Shown here: in pieces, positions 49,073 through 61,640 of the stretch
Layout of the letters: each line of letters opens with the position of its first letter
Numbering within the stretch: the stretch's first letter is position 1
From: Lepidodermella squamata
Lineage: Eukaryota > Animalia > Gastrotricha
Reading direction: 5' to 3'
NCBI GenBank assembly: GCA_047495785.1
Contig: JBLDXI010000019.1
Span: forward strand, 1,364,001-1,428,000
DNA length: 64,000 nucleotides
Made by a program: the position numbers and the translations under genes
Notes under the pieces: model-generated
Databases searched by the model: none
What the model saw: only the letters and a program-made list of their open reading frames with translations
What the model was told of the DNA's origin: nothing

Positions 49073-52000
49073 ATGAGAACCCGTCTAATCCTTGAAGACG
49101 GAACGGAGTTTTGGGGTACGCATTTCGGTGCTCCTAATGGTGTCACTGGCGAAGTTGGTAAGCTTTTTAAGAACTCATATCCTTGTTGTAATTATCAAGC
49201 GTGTTTAATTAGTATTTCAGACTGGTATGGTCGGATACGTTGAGTCTTTGACCGATCCATCTTATCGATCGCAAATCTTGATTTTGACGTACCCGCTAAT
49301 TGGAAATTATGGCGTTCCTGGTAATGATGAAGACGAAATCGGCCTTCTCAAGTACTTCGAATCGCATAAAATCCACGCGGCTGGGCTAATTATTGCCGAA
49401 TTGAGCAATTCACCGAGTCACCACCTATCAACCAAATCCCTTGAAGCCTGGTTGAAGAATGAAAACATTCCTGGAATTCAAGGACTGGACTCGCGTATGC
49501 TCACGAAGAAGATTCGCCAACACGGTACAATGCTTGGTGCGATTGTCCCTGAAGGGTTTCCTGCCCCTCAAGGTCCAATACCCGATCCTAACTTGTCTAA
49601 TCTTGTTGCCATGGTCAGCACTCGCAAGGTAATAAAATACACTCCACCGAAAGTCGGTAGCGCTCAGCCTTTGCGTGTTGCGCTGTTGGACGTCGGCACC
49701 AAGTACAGCCAGATTCGCTGTCTCGCCAAACGAAACTGCGTCGTCACTGTGTTGCCATGGGATCATCCGCTGACCGCAGAATCTATTACCAAGGAATTTG
49801 ACGGCCTGTTTCTGAGCAATGGCCCTGGTGATCCTACAATGGTTAAGCAAACTGTAGATAACCTCCGCCAGCTTTTAAAAGCCGCCAACTTCAATATCCC
49901 CATTTTTGGCATTTGCTTGGGACATCAACTGTTGTCTCTAGCTGCTGGCGCTACGACATACAAACTGAAATATGGTCATCGTGGTCACAATCAGCCGTGT
50001 TTACAACCCGACACTGGTCGCTGTTTTATCACTTCGCAAAATCACGGCTTTGCCGTTTCTAACGACAATTTGCCAGAAAACTGGGTTCCGCTTTTCATTA
50101 ATGCCAACGACAATACTAACGAAGGCATTATTCACAAGTCAAAGCCTTACTTCTCTGTTCAATTTCACCCGGAGCATGCGCCTGGCCCGGCTGATTTGGA
50201 ATGCTTGTTTGACATCTTTGTCGACTATATGCGTCAAAATGCTGACAAGAAGTCACAGAATCTACCGGCGATCAGAGACCTGATTATTTCAAAATTGGCC
50301 TCACCCAAGTCAAAATCCGCACCAACCATGAATGGTGACTCAGCTGACAACAAAATCACGAAGGTCGTTCTCTTGGGCTCGGGAGGTCTTTCTATTGGAC
50401 AGGTAACCCCTTAATACCTAAATATTGCTGAATTATTTATTTTGAACTAATTTCTTCAGGCTGGCGAATTCGATTACAGCGGTTCCCAAGCATTGAAATC
50501 CCTGAAAGAAGAAGGCATCGAAGTTGTTTTGGTCAATCCAAACATTGCTACGTATCAGACGACGCCTGGTCTGGCTTCGAAGACCTATCTGGTTCCAGTT
50601 ACTCCAGACTACGTAACCGAGATCTTGGAAGCGGAGCGTCCTAATGGCATTTTGCTGTCATTTGGCGGCCAAACTGCATTGAACTGCGGTCTGGAACTCG
50701 AAAAGCGTGGCGTCTTGAGCCGTCTCAACATTCAAGTTCTCGGCACCCCAACTGAAGCTATTCGTCTTACTGAAGATCGTCAACTTTTTGCTGAACAAAT
50801 GGGATCTATCAATGAACCTATTTGCCCCTCAGCCGCAGCTTACTCGATTCAAGAAGCTCGTGAAGTTGTCAAGAAGGTTGGCGGCTACCCGGTATTGATC
50901 CGAGCTGCATACGCCCTGGGTGGCCTAGGCTCAGGCTTCGTTTCTAATGACGCCGAGTTGGAAAAGTTAGCTAACCAGGCTTTCTCGCACTCGCCTCAAA
51001 TTTTTATTGACAAATCACTGCGAGGCTGGAAAGAGCTTGAATATGAAGTTGTTCGAGACGCTTACGGTAACACCCTTACAGTTTGCAACATGGAAAATCT
51101 CGACCCTATCGGAATTCATACTGGGGAATCGATCGTCGTTGCACCCAGCCAGACCCTTTCCGATGCTGATTACCAAATGCTGCGCAGTGCATCGATTCGT
51201 ATTGCTAACTGCTTGGGAATCGTTGGTGAATGCAACGTTCAATACGCTCTTGACCCGAAATCTTCGCAATACTACGTAGTTGAGGTCAATGCGAGATTGT
51301 CCCGCAGCTCCGCTCTTGCTAGCAAGGCAACGGGCTACCCTCTAGCCTACGTAGCCGCTAAGCTTTGTTTAGGCAAACACCTACCCGCTTTGCGTAACTC
51401 AGTTACAGGAGTAACGACCGCCTGCTTCGAGCCCAGTCTCGACTATTGCGTCGTCAAGGTGCCGCGTTGGGACCTGAAAAAATTCGCCCGAGCTAGCACC
51501 CAGATTGGAACATGTATGAAGAGTGTCGGTGAAGCCATGGCCATTGCCCGATCGTTTGAAGAGGCTTTCCAGAAAGCCCTTCGAATGGCTGATGCCGATG
51601 GTGCCTGCTTGGGTTTCGATTCTAACGCATTTGCTGATGCGTCAAAGGAAGAACTTGACGAAATGCTGGCAAACCCGACCTACGACCGAATCCTCGGTAT
51701 CGCAACCGCTTTCCGCAATGGTTACTCCGTCGAACGACTGTACTCTTTGACTGCGATTGACCCTTGGTTCTTGCATCGCTTACGCTCAATTGTCGATCAT
51801 CAGCTGCTGATGGAAAATTTGAAGCGAACAACACTGAACCAAGAAATTCTACACAAGGCGAAGAAGCTAGGTTTTAGCGATCGCCAAATTGCATCGGCGA
51901 CTGAAAGCACTGAAACAGCGATTAGAGACAGACGCCACGCCCTTAATCTGCGCCCTCGTGTCAAACAAATTGACACGCTTGCTGCGGAATGGCCGGCGGC

Positions 52001-55000
52001 GACCAATTATCTGTACCTGACCTATGGCGGTGGTTCGGAGGAAGATGATGCTATTGACTACAAGCTCAACATCAGCCCAATCTCGAATGTCGGCAGCGGC
52101 CAATCAGTTCTAGTGTTGGGTTCAGGTGTTTATCGCATTGGCAGCTCAGTAGAATTTGATTGCTGCGCTGTCGGATGCGTGGCTGAACTTCGCCGAATGG
52201 GCTATTCTAGTGCTATGTTGAATCACAACCCTGAAACAGTCTCAACTGACTACGATATGTGCGATCGCTTGTATTTCGAAGAATTGAGTTTGGAGAGTGT
52301 TTTGGAGGTCTACGCGATAGAGAAGCCGCACAACTCGATTGGCGTTGTTCTGTGCATGGGTGGTCAACAGTCCAACAACATCGCGATTCCGCTATCGCAC
52401 TGCGATATCCCTATTCTAGGTAAGCCTTCTAGAATTTCTAAAGTCTGGCATCGTGTCCTGAATCATTTAATGATCAATGGCCAATTTTTGACATTTTCAT
52501 ATTTGACTAGCGCAAATGATGAAACCATAGAGAAAAAAGTGACCTGAGTAAGCACTCAAGCTAAATTTTTATCTGCATTATTAAATCGAGTGCGTTCTCA
52601 AAACGGATATCTCCGTTTTTCACCAAATTTTGCATGCATATAGAACGCGAGCTGCTCTTTCACGTGGTATAAGATTTGAGGTGGGCAATTGCTGCTCAGT
52701 CTTGATCTCATCAAAATAAATGAAACCATAGTGAGAAAGAGGTTTTTGTATCGTAACAACAGTTGGGTTGCCCACCTCAAATCTTATACCATGCGAAAGA
52801 GCAGCTCGCGTTCTATATGCATGCAAAATTTGGTGAAAAACAGAGATATCCGTTTTGAGAAAGTCAACTTTGAATAAAAATGAAGATTCTGAAATTTTAG
52901 CTTGAGTGCTTACTCAGGTCATTTTTTTCTCTATGGATGAAACCTAAAATGAAGCTTTGTAGCTTGAAAATTTGAGAAATCAGGAAATTTGACATTTTAA
53001 GGAGGATTTTCTATTACTTATCTAACTTATTCAATGCAAAATAATTTTACTACAGGAACGGCGCCTATGTCGGTTGACACTGCGGAAAATCGTTTCAAGT
53101 TCAGCCGATTGCTGGACAATGTTGGTATCAACCAGCCACAATGGCGTGAACTTTCAAGCATCGAAAATGCCAAATCTTTCGCTTCGAATGTCGGCTACCC
53201 AGTTCTGGTCCGGCCAAGCTATGTCCTGTCCGGAGCTGCGATGAACGTCGCCTATTCAGACGAAGAGCTGGCCGCATATCTCGGCACGGCTGCTTGCGTT
53301 AACAAAGATCACCCTGTCGTTATTTCGAAGTATATCGAAGACGCAAAGGAAATCGACATTGACGCAGTTGCTTGCGATGGCCGGGTCGTTTGCATTGCCG
53401 TGAGCGAGCATGTTGAAAACGCGGGTGTTCACTCAGGTGACGCGACCCTAGTCACCCCGCCTCAAGATATCAACGCCGAAACTATGACCAAACTACGCAA
53501 TATCGTCGTGACAATCGCTCGCCATTTGAGCGTTACCGGCCCTTTCAATCTCCAGCTGATTGCCAAGGACAACGAACTTCGAGTTATCGAGTGCAACCTT
53601 CGTGTTTCTCGCTCTTTCCCGTTCGTCTCGAAGACCCTCGGTTATGATTTCGTTGCTGCTGCCACTCGATCCCTGGTTGGCCAGCCACCTATCACGCCTA
53701 CCCCTCTCGTTGACCCGGAGCGAATTGTCGAGGCGACAGTTCAATTCACGAGCGAGCAAAGCCGAGTTGGTGTCAAAGTTCCAGTTTTCTCTTTCTCGCG
53801 TCTTCAAGGCTCTGATGCCCTTTTAGGTGTTGAGATGGCTTCAACTGGAGAAGTCGCTTGCTTTGGCGAGGATAGGTAATATTTACGAAGATACTCGGGT
53901 AAAACCTAAGTTCATATTTTTTAGGTATGATGCTTATCTCAAAGCTCTACTGGCCGCCGGTTTCAAGCTTCCGAAGAAAAACATCCTGCTGGCAATTGGT
54001 AGCTACCGTGCCAAGCAAGAGTTGATGCCTTTCATCCGCCAACTTGCCGTCGACCTTAACTTCAGCCTGTTCGGCAGTGCTGGTACGGCCGATTTCTACG
54101 CAGGCCACGGAATCCCGATCCAACCTATTGACTGGCCGATGGATAACGACCATGCTGAAAAGAACGGCGGGGCTAAGAATGGTGCTCCTCCCAACGCTTC
54201 AACTTGGCCTACAGTCGGCGAACTGCTTCAATCACATCAAGTAGATTTGCTGATCAACATTCCGTTCCGTTCGGGAGGTAGCCGCCGACTTTCTACTGTC
54301 GTGACCCAGGGTTACCGAACCCGCCGTATGGCGCTTGATCTAGCCGTTCCGTTGATTACCGACGTCAAGGCAGCGAAAATGTTTGTCCAGGCCCTGAGAC
54401 TTTCGATGAAGAAACGACCTGGAAACAAGGGCAATCTCGCTCCTCCGGTCGACACCATCCGAGACTGCCTGACTGCCAACCGCATTGTCCGTCTACCCGG
54501 TCTAGTTGATGTTCACGTCCATATTCGCGAGCCAGGGGCTGCCTATAAGGAGGACTGGTCGAGTGGAACAGCCGCTGCGTTGGCTGGTGGTTTCACAACT
54601 ATTTTGGTGATGCCGAATTTGAACCCGCCCATCACTGAATCGACTGCCCTGGAAACTGCTCGTCAAGTCGCGAGACGTGGCGCTAGGTGCGATTTCGCCT
54701 TGTACGCCGCTGCGTCACCCACCAACGCATCGACTGTCCACCAGTTGTCACCACTCACATGTGGTATGAAGATTTACATGGATGAAACGTTCGCTTCTCG
54801 CGGTATTGGAGTCGACCCCGAGGCTGATACTAAGACGCTTATTGAGCACTTTGAACACTGGCCTCGTGACAGACCGATTTGCGTCCATGCCGAAGGTGCA
54901 CGCTGTATTTCATCTGCGATTTTGGCCGCTCAACTGGCTGGTTCGCGGCCTCTGCACGTTTGCCACGTGGCTCGTCGTGATGAAATCGAAATCATAGTAG

Positions 55001-58000
55001 CGGCGAAGAAACGCGGTTTGCCCGTTACTTGCGAAGTGGCTCCTCATCATCTGTTCCTGTCAGCGGATGAGCTGAAAGGTAAATTTTGTGTACTCTTTTG
55101 CAAGCTATCTTATCGTCTTACATGGGCTGAACGCTTCTTACAGAATTGAATACTTTGCGTTAGAAAGAGCTGCAACGACTTTTGAACCCTTACGTGTAGT
55201 TAGAGGGGTATCACTAGCAGTATAAGCGATAATTCGAAGAATTTAAAGCAATTTCGGCTCGAATATTTTTGCACGTCTTTTGTCCGCTGCCTCTTAGTTT
55301 TACCAAACACGAAGGGCGCGTTGACAGCCTCGTCATCGTCGCTTTCAACGTCAGTAGCGCTAGATCCATCTTCTTCGGCTCGCTGGCGCTTCGAGTTTTT
55401 ACCCTTGGCACGTTTGGCCCGATTGCTTGCTACTGCGACGGCTGCGGCTGGCTGCTGAAGCAGTGATTCAGGTTGTGGTGGTTGAAGAGGTTTAGCTGTA
55501 GTCGTAGGCGGCGCGAAAAAGTTGAACATAAAATTAACACCAGGCCACGAGACATCGGATGAGTTCGGTAACTTTTGCCGGAACCTGGCCATAGACGGAA
55601 ACGGTGACGATGGTTCGGCGAGGCCAACTTGGGCCTAGTTGTTGGGGTTATTGAATAAGGCTACCAATGCCTAGGGCGACATCGATGCGAGAAAGTCAGC
55701 GTGATTCATTAAAACAATTCAAATGCGATCAAATACGACGAATATAAAAGGGCTGGTGGACACGGCTGATATGAACCGATAAGCGGCAAGTGTTCACCTG
55801 TTTAGGCTTTGAAAATGCAAGTAAAAATTCGAGACAATCACGTTCCCGATGCCCGAAATTCAGGCAATTGAAACAGTAGCCTTGCGCTTGGTGCATTCGC
55901 GGGCGAAGTGAGATTGCTCGCCTATTAAAAATCCAGATAACATGAGATGTGAAATATATTTTGCCATAAAACGGTTTGCCAAACGTAGGTAACCTAGAAT
56001 AGTCGACGTCATCATGAAAGATAATATATGTTCTGGGTCTTCAGTGTACCATATAGACATGCAAAGAAAGTGCACATCCTGCTTGCAGCAAAAAGTTTCA
56101 GAATCTGTTATTAAATTTGAACAATTTAGGTAGCCGCTGCTCGGTTCGTCCACCGTTGAACCACGAAGTTGACCAGAAAGCATTGTGGGAAAACATGGCT
56201 TACATTGACTGTTTCGCAACCGATCACGCCCCTCACACTGCTGCAGAGAAAGACGACCCGCACAAGTCGCCACCCGGATTCCCAGGCCTCGAAACCGCTC
56301 TGAGCCTCTTGCTGACTGCATTCCATGACGGCCGGTTGACACTGCGCGATATTCAACTGCGTTTATGCGACAACCCGCGTCGAATCTTCGGCATTCCGAA
56401 CTCCGATTCAACCTGGATTGAAGTCGACCTGGACCACGAATGGACGGTGCCTGAATGCCCGCCTTATTCCAAGGCCGGATGGACACCGTTTGCTGGCCGT
56501 CGCTTGAAGGGTTGTGTTCGTCGCGTGACCCTCAACGGTCACCTAGCCTACGTTGATGGCAGAGTTCTGGCCCTACCTGGTTCAGGCCGCGAAATCCGTT
56601 GCTCGGCCTCGATGGGTGCAAACCAGGGCGATTATGACAAATTTGCGAATAAAATGGCCAATATGCAGAGTGGTCCGGTAAACAATGAAAACATCGAACC
56701 GAGAACTGTTCCTGTTACACCAAGTCGCGGTAAGTTTCGCCAAATCTGCCAAATTTTATTCATCAATATTTTATTTTTTAGCCTCTGGTCAAAATGCGTT
56801 CCAGTACCCGCTTCAAAGCCCTGCTCAAGAATCACCTGATGTCGGCCGAACTGTGAACCGAAGCCAGCAAAGAACTGTTTCAATCTCGTCATATCCGTCT
56901 AACGTGATGTCACCACCTCGCCATCCTACCAGCGCGCCGTCTTCAGCACCTGCCTTCGGTATCGGCATTGCGGGGATTACTGCCGCCCAGTGCCAGGCCT
57001 TGGCTCCCTTGGCTGGACGTGCCGTGCTTACTACAGAAATGTTTGCCCGAGATCAGCTGCATGCGCTGTATAACGTTGCGTCAGCTATGAGATCGGCCAC
57101 TCAGCGTGATCCGAAGTCGCTGACTGGTCTCTTGGCTGGTCGCGTTTTGGCTACCATGTTTTTGGAACCGTCGACTAGAACCCGGCTGTCTTTCGCGGCT
57201 GCGATGATGCGTCTCGGAGGCGCCGTCATCGATTTTGGAGACACGACTGTCACCTCGATGACGAAGGGCGAGACCCTGGCTGACACTGTTCAGGTTTGAT
57301 CATTTATTTTACAATTAAACCAATAATTCAGGAAATGATCAAACTTCTGGATTGTCGCAAATGTTCATTAATATTACAATTATGTATCTGTTTCAAATTA
57401 ACTTCCTTGCAGCCGATTGAATTTCAATTTTGCAATCCTTAGGTGATGGGCTCATACGCTGATGCCATCGTTATTCGCCATCCTCAACCCGGCGCCGTTA
57501 GCGCCGCTGCTAGCCATTGCAAGAAACCAGTCATCAACGCCGGCGACGGTGTTGGCGAACACCCGACCCAAGCTCTCCTTGATGTTTTCACGATTCGCGA
57601 AGAACTCGGCACCGTCAACGGCATGGTTGTCACAATTTGCGGTGATTTGAAGAATGGCAGAACCGCCCACAGCTTAGCCCGCCTTTTGTCGCTGTACGAC
57701 GTGAAATTGCGCTACGTCTCACCGCCTGGCCTTGGAATGCCATCTAGTGTGTGGAACTACGTGAATAGCCGAGGCCGAGAACAGGCTGTTTTCGACTCGC
57801 TCGAATCAGTCCTGCCTGATACTGATGTTCTATACATGACCCGACTTCAAAAAGAGCGTTTCCAGGTAAAAGAAATTGTAATGAAAATTGATTCATCATT
57901 TTAAGGCGGTTTTTTTTTCTAATTTTCAGGGCAGTAACAGCGAATCGATTGAAGCCGAGTACGGCAAATTTGTGGTGACACCTGAATTGATGACAAATGC

Positions 58001-58181
58001 GAAACAGCGTCGCATGATTGTCATGCACCCGTTACCCCGAAACGATGAAATTAGCACGGCGTTCGATTCTGACCCACGTGCCGCCTACATGCGCCAGGCC
58101 GAGTACGGCCTCGCTGTTCGTATGGCTCTATTACTGTCAGTCATCGCCCCTCACGCGGGCCCGACTCTTCCTTCAGCTTGA
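49073..58181 (+). CDS. CAD: CAD trifunctional protein (GATase-CPSase-DHOase-ATCase), 9 exons
   Basis: GATase GICLGHQ and FHPE; [12 protein letters not shown]|[11 protein letters not shown]; [23 protein letters not shown]; [21 protein letters not shown]; long introns at 52420-53055 and 55079-56129. Confidence 0.97.
52525..52936. mobile_element. Fold-back MITE-like element within a CAD intron, with nested inverted repeats
   Basis: Outer arms about 52525-52570 and 52892-52936; inner arms 52595-52688 and 52768-52861 (94 bp, about 3 mismatches). Confidence 0.8.
55200..55592 (-). CDS. Possible small orphan ORF nested antisense in a CAD intron (basic NLS-like and acidic patches)
   Basis: 130-aa ORF with [22 protein letters not shown] and KTKRQR inside the 1051-nt intron. 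Confidence 0.35.
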   Translation of the reverse strand: MARFRQKLPNSSDVSWPGVNFMFNFFAPPTTTAKPLQPPQPESLLQQPAAAVAVASNRAKRAKGKNSKRQRAEEDGSSATDVESDDDEAVNAPFVFGKTKRQRTKDVQKYSSRNCFKFFELSLILLVIPL

Positions 58182-58426
58182 AAAAACATAACACAAAAAC
58201 AAACTTGAAGAGAGAACGTTGATGACTTGATTTTTGATCATTTTTGTGATGACCGTGTGATGTGAGAGATCTGCGATTCAAAGACAACATCATGAAGTTT
58301 CAACTTTAAATTTTTTGTGAGAAACGAGAACACGGTTGTACGCGATTAAAAACTTGCCAAGCTTTTTTGATTCATGAATCCTCGATTTTCTATTTTTCGA
58401 ATATTCAAAATTATAGGTGGGTTTTA

Positions 58427-58951
58427 ATGGCTTCGGGCAGTAACGTGGCTATTTGCTCAATTTGTTTTGCTGAGCTTCAGGATGCAGTATTGACACGATG
58501 CGGACATGTTTACTGTTGGGAATGCTTATTCAGCTGGCTGAACCAAGAGCATTCTGACTCCACCTGTCCAATGTGCAGAACTGTTATTGACCCTCAAAAT
58601 GACGATGTTTGGTGCATGTATGGAATCGGTGAATCTAGTGAAAGTGACCCTCGCCCTGGCTACCTTGGAAACCGCGACACAGCTTACGAAACTTATCAGC
58701 TTCCCGTTCAACCCTCAGCTCCTCCACTCTCAAGTGACACTACCTTCAGTTTAGTGAAACGCGGTATTAAAATTGGTTTATTAAGCGGCATTGGAACCGT
58801 GGCAGCTAGTTTATTTATCCCCGGTCTCGGTTTTATCGGCTTTGTCCGGGCAGGAGCTGGAGCCCTCTCCGTTTTAAATGCCGTCAAAGCAAGCGCCATT
58901 GCTGGAGCAATAGCTGGCGGTGTTGCTGTAAAGCTCACGAACGGGCGCTAA
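58427..58951 (+). CDS. RNF5/RNF185-like C3HC4 RING E3 ligase with a hydrophobic C-terminus
   Basis: CSICFAELQDAVLTRCGHVYCWECLFSWL..CPMCR..YGIG..DPR; Gly/Ala-rich membrane tail. Confidence 0.75.
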   Translation: MASGSNVAICSICFAELQDAVLTRCGHVYCWECLFSWLNQEHSDSTCPMCRTVIDPQNDDVWCMYGIGESSESDPRPGYLGNRDTAYETYQLPVQPSAPPLSSDTTFSLVKRGIKIGLLSGIGTVAASLFIPGLGFIGFVRAGAGALSVLNAVKASAIAGAIAGGVAVKLTNGR

Positions 58952-59034
58952 TGTTATTTTATTTCTCGCTTATTCATGTTTATTCCAGAATATGATGCGC
59001 TTTGGTGATGTTTTCTTTTGAATAAAATGACTGT

Positions 59035-60063
59035 TTACCAAGACTGACTCTGATGAATCATGAACAACTGAATAGCGACGAAGTTAACAATCGCAGCCAG
59101 AGTGACTAGGGCGTGAAATAATTGATGGCTGTGGCCTAAAATTGCGAAATGACCCGGCCAGAAGCGTTCTGGGATTCGATAGGCATATAGAACGGCCCCG
59201 ACGAGATAAAGAAGTGCGATCACCCCCAGCAGGTCAAAAGGTAGGTGCCATAGCCCGCCGCGGAAAACCGTGTAGTGAGCCAAAGGGACCAGGCAAGAGC
59301 AACCGTAAGCAATAAAAACTTTCGTTCGCAACCCGCGGCTTGACTTCGCCGAAAAATCGTCGCCCAAAGAGGCGGCACAGCAACTAGCGCCAATGAAGAC
59401 ACAAATCGCGTTGTAGGAAATCCTAGCGTTTGGTTCTATGGCGAACATGTAAACGATCCACGGTATGATTGAGCACATTGCCATGAAAGAGATGCCGAAG
59501 TAGTCGAATTTTGCGAACAAGGCTGAGACGCGCTGAGAGTGGCAATCGAATGCGTGGTAAGCGGCTGAAAATCCGAAGCACACCACCGCGCCTAAGCAGT
59601 AGATTACTTTGATGAGAGTGGCAACTGAGGTTTCACCATCAGATGGTGGTACGAATAACATTACTATGAAGAAAAAACATCCGAAAATGTGGATCCAAAT
59701 GTTGATTGTCTCAGTATGGAAACGGAAAATCGATTTCAGACAGGCGATGTAACATTTGAGTTCGGGTCTGTAACAGTGTTGAATAAATTCGTTTTCCTGC
59801 ATCCATTTTGGTAGCTCCGTTATACAGACGGGTTTCCAACTGTCCGGAGGGATGAAAACGAAGCCAGCCGCTAGACCTGTTCCTAAAAATAGTGTGACGA
59901 AAGCGAAGATAGCGACAGTTATTCGTATTAGACTAGGCTTAGGAAAAACCGGGCGGGTGAAGCAGTTTTGATATAAATGGCACTCCCCAGAAACATCCTC
60001 TGCACTTGAAGACCTTAGTGAAAGCAGTAACACGGCAAAAAAAGTTCCGCAAATGAGTTTCAT
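59035..60063 (-). CDS. Adiponectin receptor-like PAQR protein with an N-terminal signal peptide and extra TM helix, intronless
   Basis: ELPKWMQENEFI..YRP..SIFRFHTETINIW; SAAYHAFDCHS; KFDYFGI; RIPERFWPG..GHSHQLFH. Confidence 0.88.
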   Translation of the reverse strand: MKLICGTFFAVLLLSLRSSSAEDVSGECHLYQNCFTRPVFPKPSLIRITVAIFAFVTLFLGTGLAAGFVFIPPDSWKPVCITELPKWMQENEFIQHCYRPELKCYIACLKSIFRFHTETINIWIHIFGCFFFIVMLFVPPSDGETSVATLIKVIYCLGAVVCFGFSAAYHAFDCHSQRVSALFAKFDYFGISFMAMCSIIPWIVYMFAIEPNARISYNAICVFIGASCCAASLGDDFSAKSSRGLRTKVFIAYGCSCLVPLAHYTVFRGGLWHLPFDLLGVIALLYLVGAVLYAYRIPERFWPGHFAILGHSHQLFHALVTLAAIVNFVAIQLFMIHQSQSW

Positions 60064-60302
60064 GGTTCATTATTAGCATTTCTGCAAAGAAACTTGTGAC
60101 TTGAAATTTTTAAAATGGATTTTTTAATTTCCAAATTGATTTCGAGGCGTGACTCATTTTTTGCAAATGCTTCGCATTTTTGCCTCCGTGCGCTTTTATT
60201 TTACATTGGCAAGTAGATTTTTTACTTTCGCGAGTGTTACTCTGTTGGCTTTTATTTGGCTTAATGACACCGGTTGATAAATTTCACCTGCCAGCTTAAT
60301 GC

Positions 60303-60334
60303 CATGAGACGTAACTACGTAACTACGTCTCATG
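60303..60334. mobile_element. 32-bp minimal TIR element with an 8-bp target-site duplication
   Basis: CTTAATGC [CATGAGACGTA-ACTACGTAAC-TACGTCTCATG] CTTAATGC; 11-bp perfect inverted termini. Confidence 0.7.
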
Positions 60335-60367
60335 CTTAATGCGGCTTAAATACAAATTACTTAAGCC

Positions 60368-60440
60368 GGGGGATTAGCTCAAATGGTAGAGCGCTCGCTT
60401 AGCATGCGAGAGGTAACGGGATCGACGCCCGTATCCTCCA
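60368..60440 (+). tRNA. tRNA-Ala(AGC)
   Basis: GGGGGATTAGCTCAAATGGTAGAGCGCTCGCTTAGCATGCGAGAGGTAACGGGATCGACGCCCGTATCCTCCA, 73 nt, followed by a TTTTT terminator. Confidence 0.97.
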
Positions 60441-61090
60441 TTTTTCCTGATTTTACCGATATTTTCTTGCCTTATTTTACTTATATAACTCAACTTCTTA
60501 AATGAACCAAGTCTCCGCAATGTTTTAGTTTTATGAAAAGCATCAGGCGACCCCCGTGACTCTCAGCTGAATCGGCGACCCACGGAAAAATGGCCCGCAA
60601 AACCCTCAGCTGGGGATGCCCTGCTCGAGAATATCCCAAAACCAAATAGCCATTTGCCAATTCTATATCGACTACAAAATTACGTAATATACTGGGCAAC
60701 CAAGCCCCTCTTGAAATTCCCTAATTAGCTCAACTTCTTTACGGTAATTTTCAACGGCATAATACGAGGGTATCGTATTGTTACTGATTAAACGATGAAA
60801 GATGAACGTTGAACGATAAACGATGAACAATGAACGATGATCGAGAAGTGTCTTCGGCATAGCAAATTTCGAAATTAAAACCATTCGGGGATTTTTCAGG
60901 GAAAGCGGTCGAAAGCTGCAGTATTTTCAAACTTGAATACATATACACAGGCTAAGTTGTAGAACGCTTAACAATTTTGGCACAATTTCTGACAGCCTAC
61001 TGAATCCATTCTTTGGCTTCGGGGAAATATCGTGTATCTGAGGAATGCTTAATTGCTTCCTTTCAATTTTGATTTGCAAGTACTAAGGCG

Positions 61091-61640
61091 TTAGCAGTTT
61101 TTCAATCGTTTGGCATAATAGCAGTTAGGAGTTATTAAAATGCGACCGCAATGAATTGTTGGTTCACTGGTGTAACGTTCAAGCTCGCTCGTATATTCCT
61201 GAATAATTTTTGGCATAGTTGCAAACCGCGATCGTAGATCCGATCGAGCTAATCTAAGAATTCTTTGAAGAAGAAGCTGAAAATCAAGGATATGACTGCC
61301 AGTCATCGCCACCGAGATAGAGACGAGATAGTGACTGGATTTGCCGTTGGGAAATGCAAAGTCATTACAGTCCGCGAAATGGCGACATGTCACAAATGAG
61401 GGTTCTAGAACGCAGTGCCAACGCGGATTATCGAGTAACGAAAGGTGCGAGACACTGTCGGATGTGGCGCTGAAATCGATGAAGGCACGGTAGACTGTAG
61501 ACCGCCTCGCGTCGCAGTCGCAAGGAAAGCAAAGCCGGTGTGAATAACAGTTGCTGCGTCGATAGCTTAGGATCCTGGCCGAGGTAAAATGACTCTTCTT
61601 TCAAGTCTTAAAGTTTATTAGGGCATAGTTCGCTAGGCCA
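61091..61640 (-). pseudogene. Degenerate non-LTR retrotransposon reverse-transcriptase relic
   Basis: Frameshifted motifs in RT order: ANYALIN (cf. NYRPISL), LSTQQLLFT (cf. RSTxDxLF), VYRAFIDFSATSDSVSH (cf. FLDFSKAFDSVSH). Confidence 0.5.

Noticed and set aside
58427-60063. Functional link between the convergent RING ligase and the AdipoR-like gene
   Set aside because: The known ADIPOR2 ligase is RNF145, not RNF5-type; adjacency is expected by chance in such a dense genome
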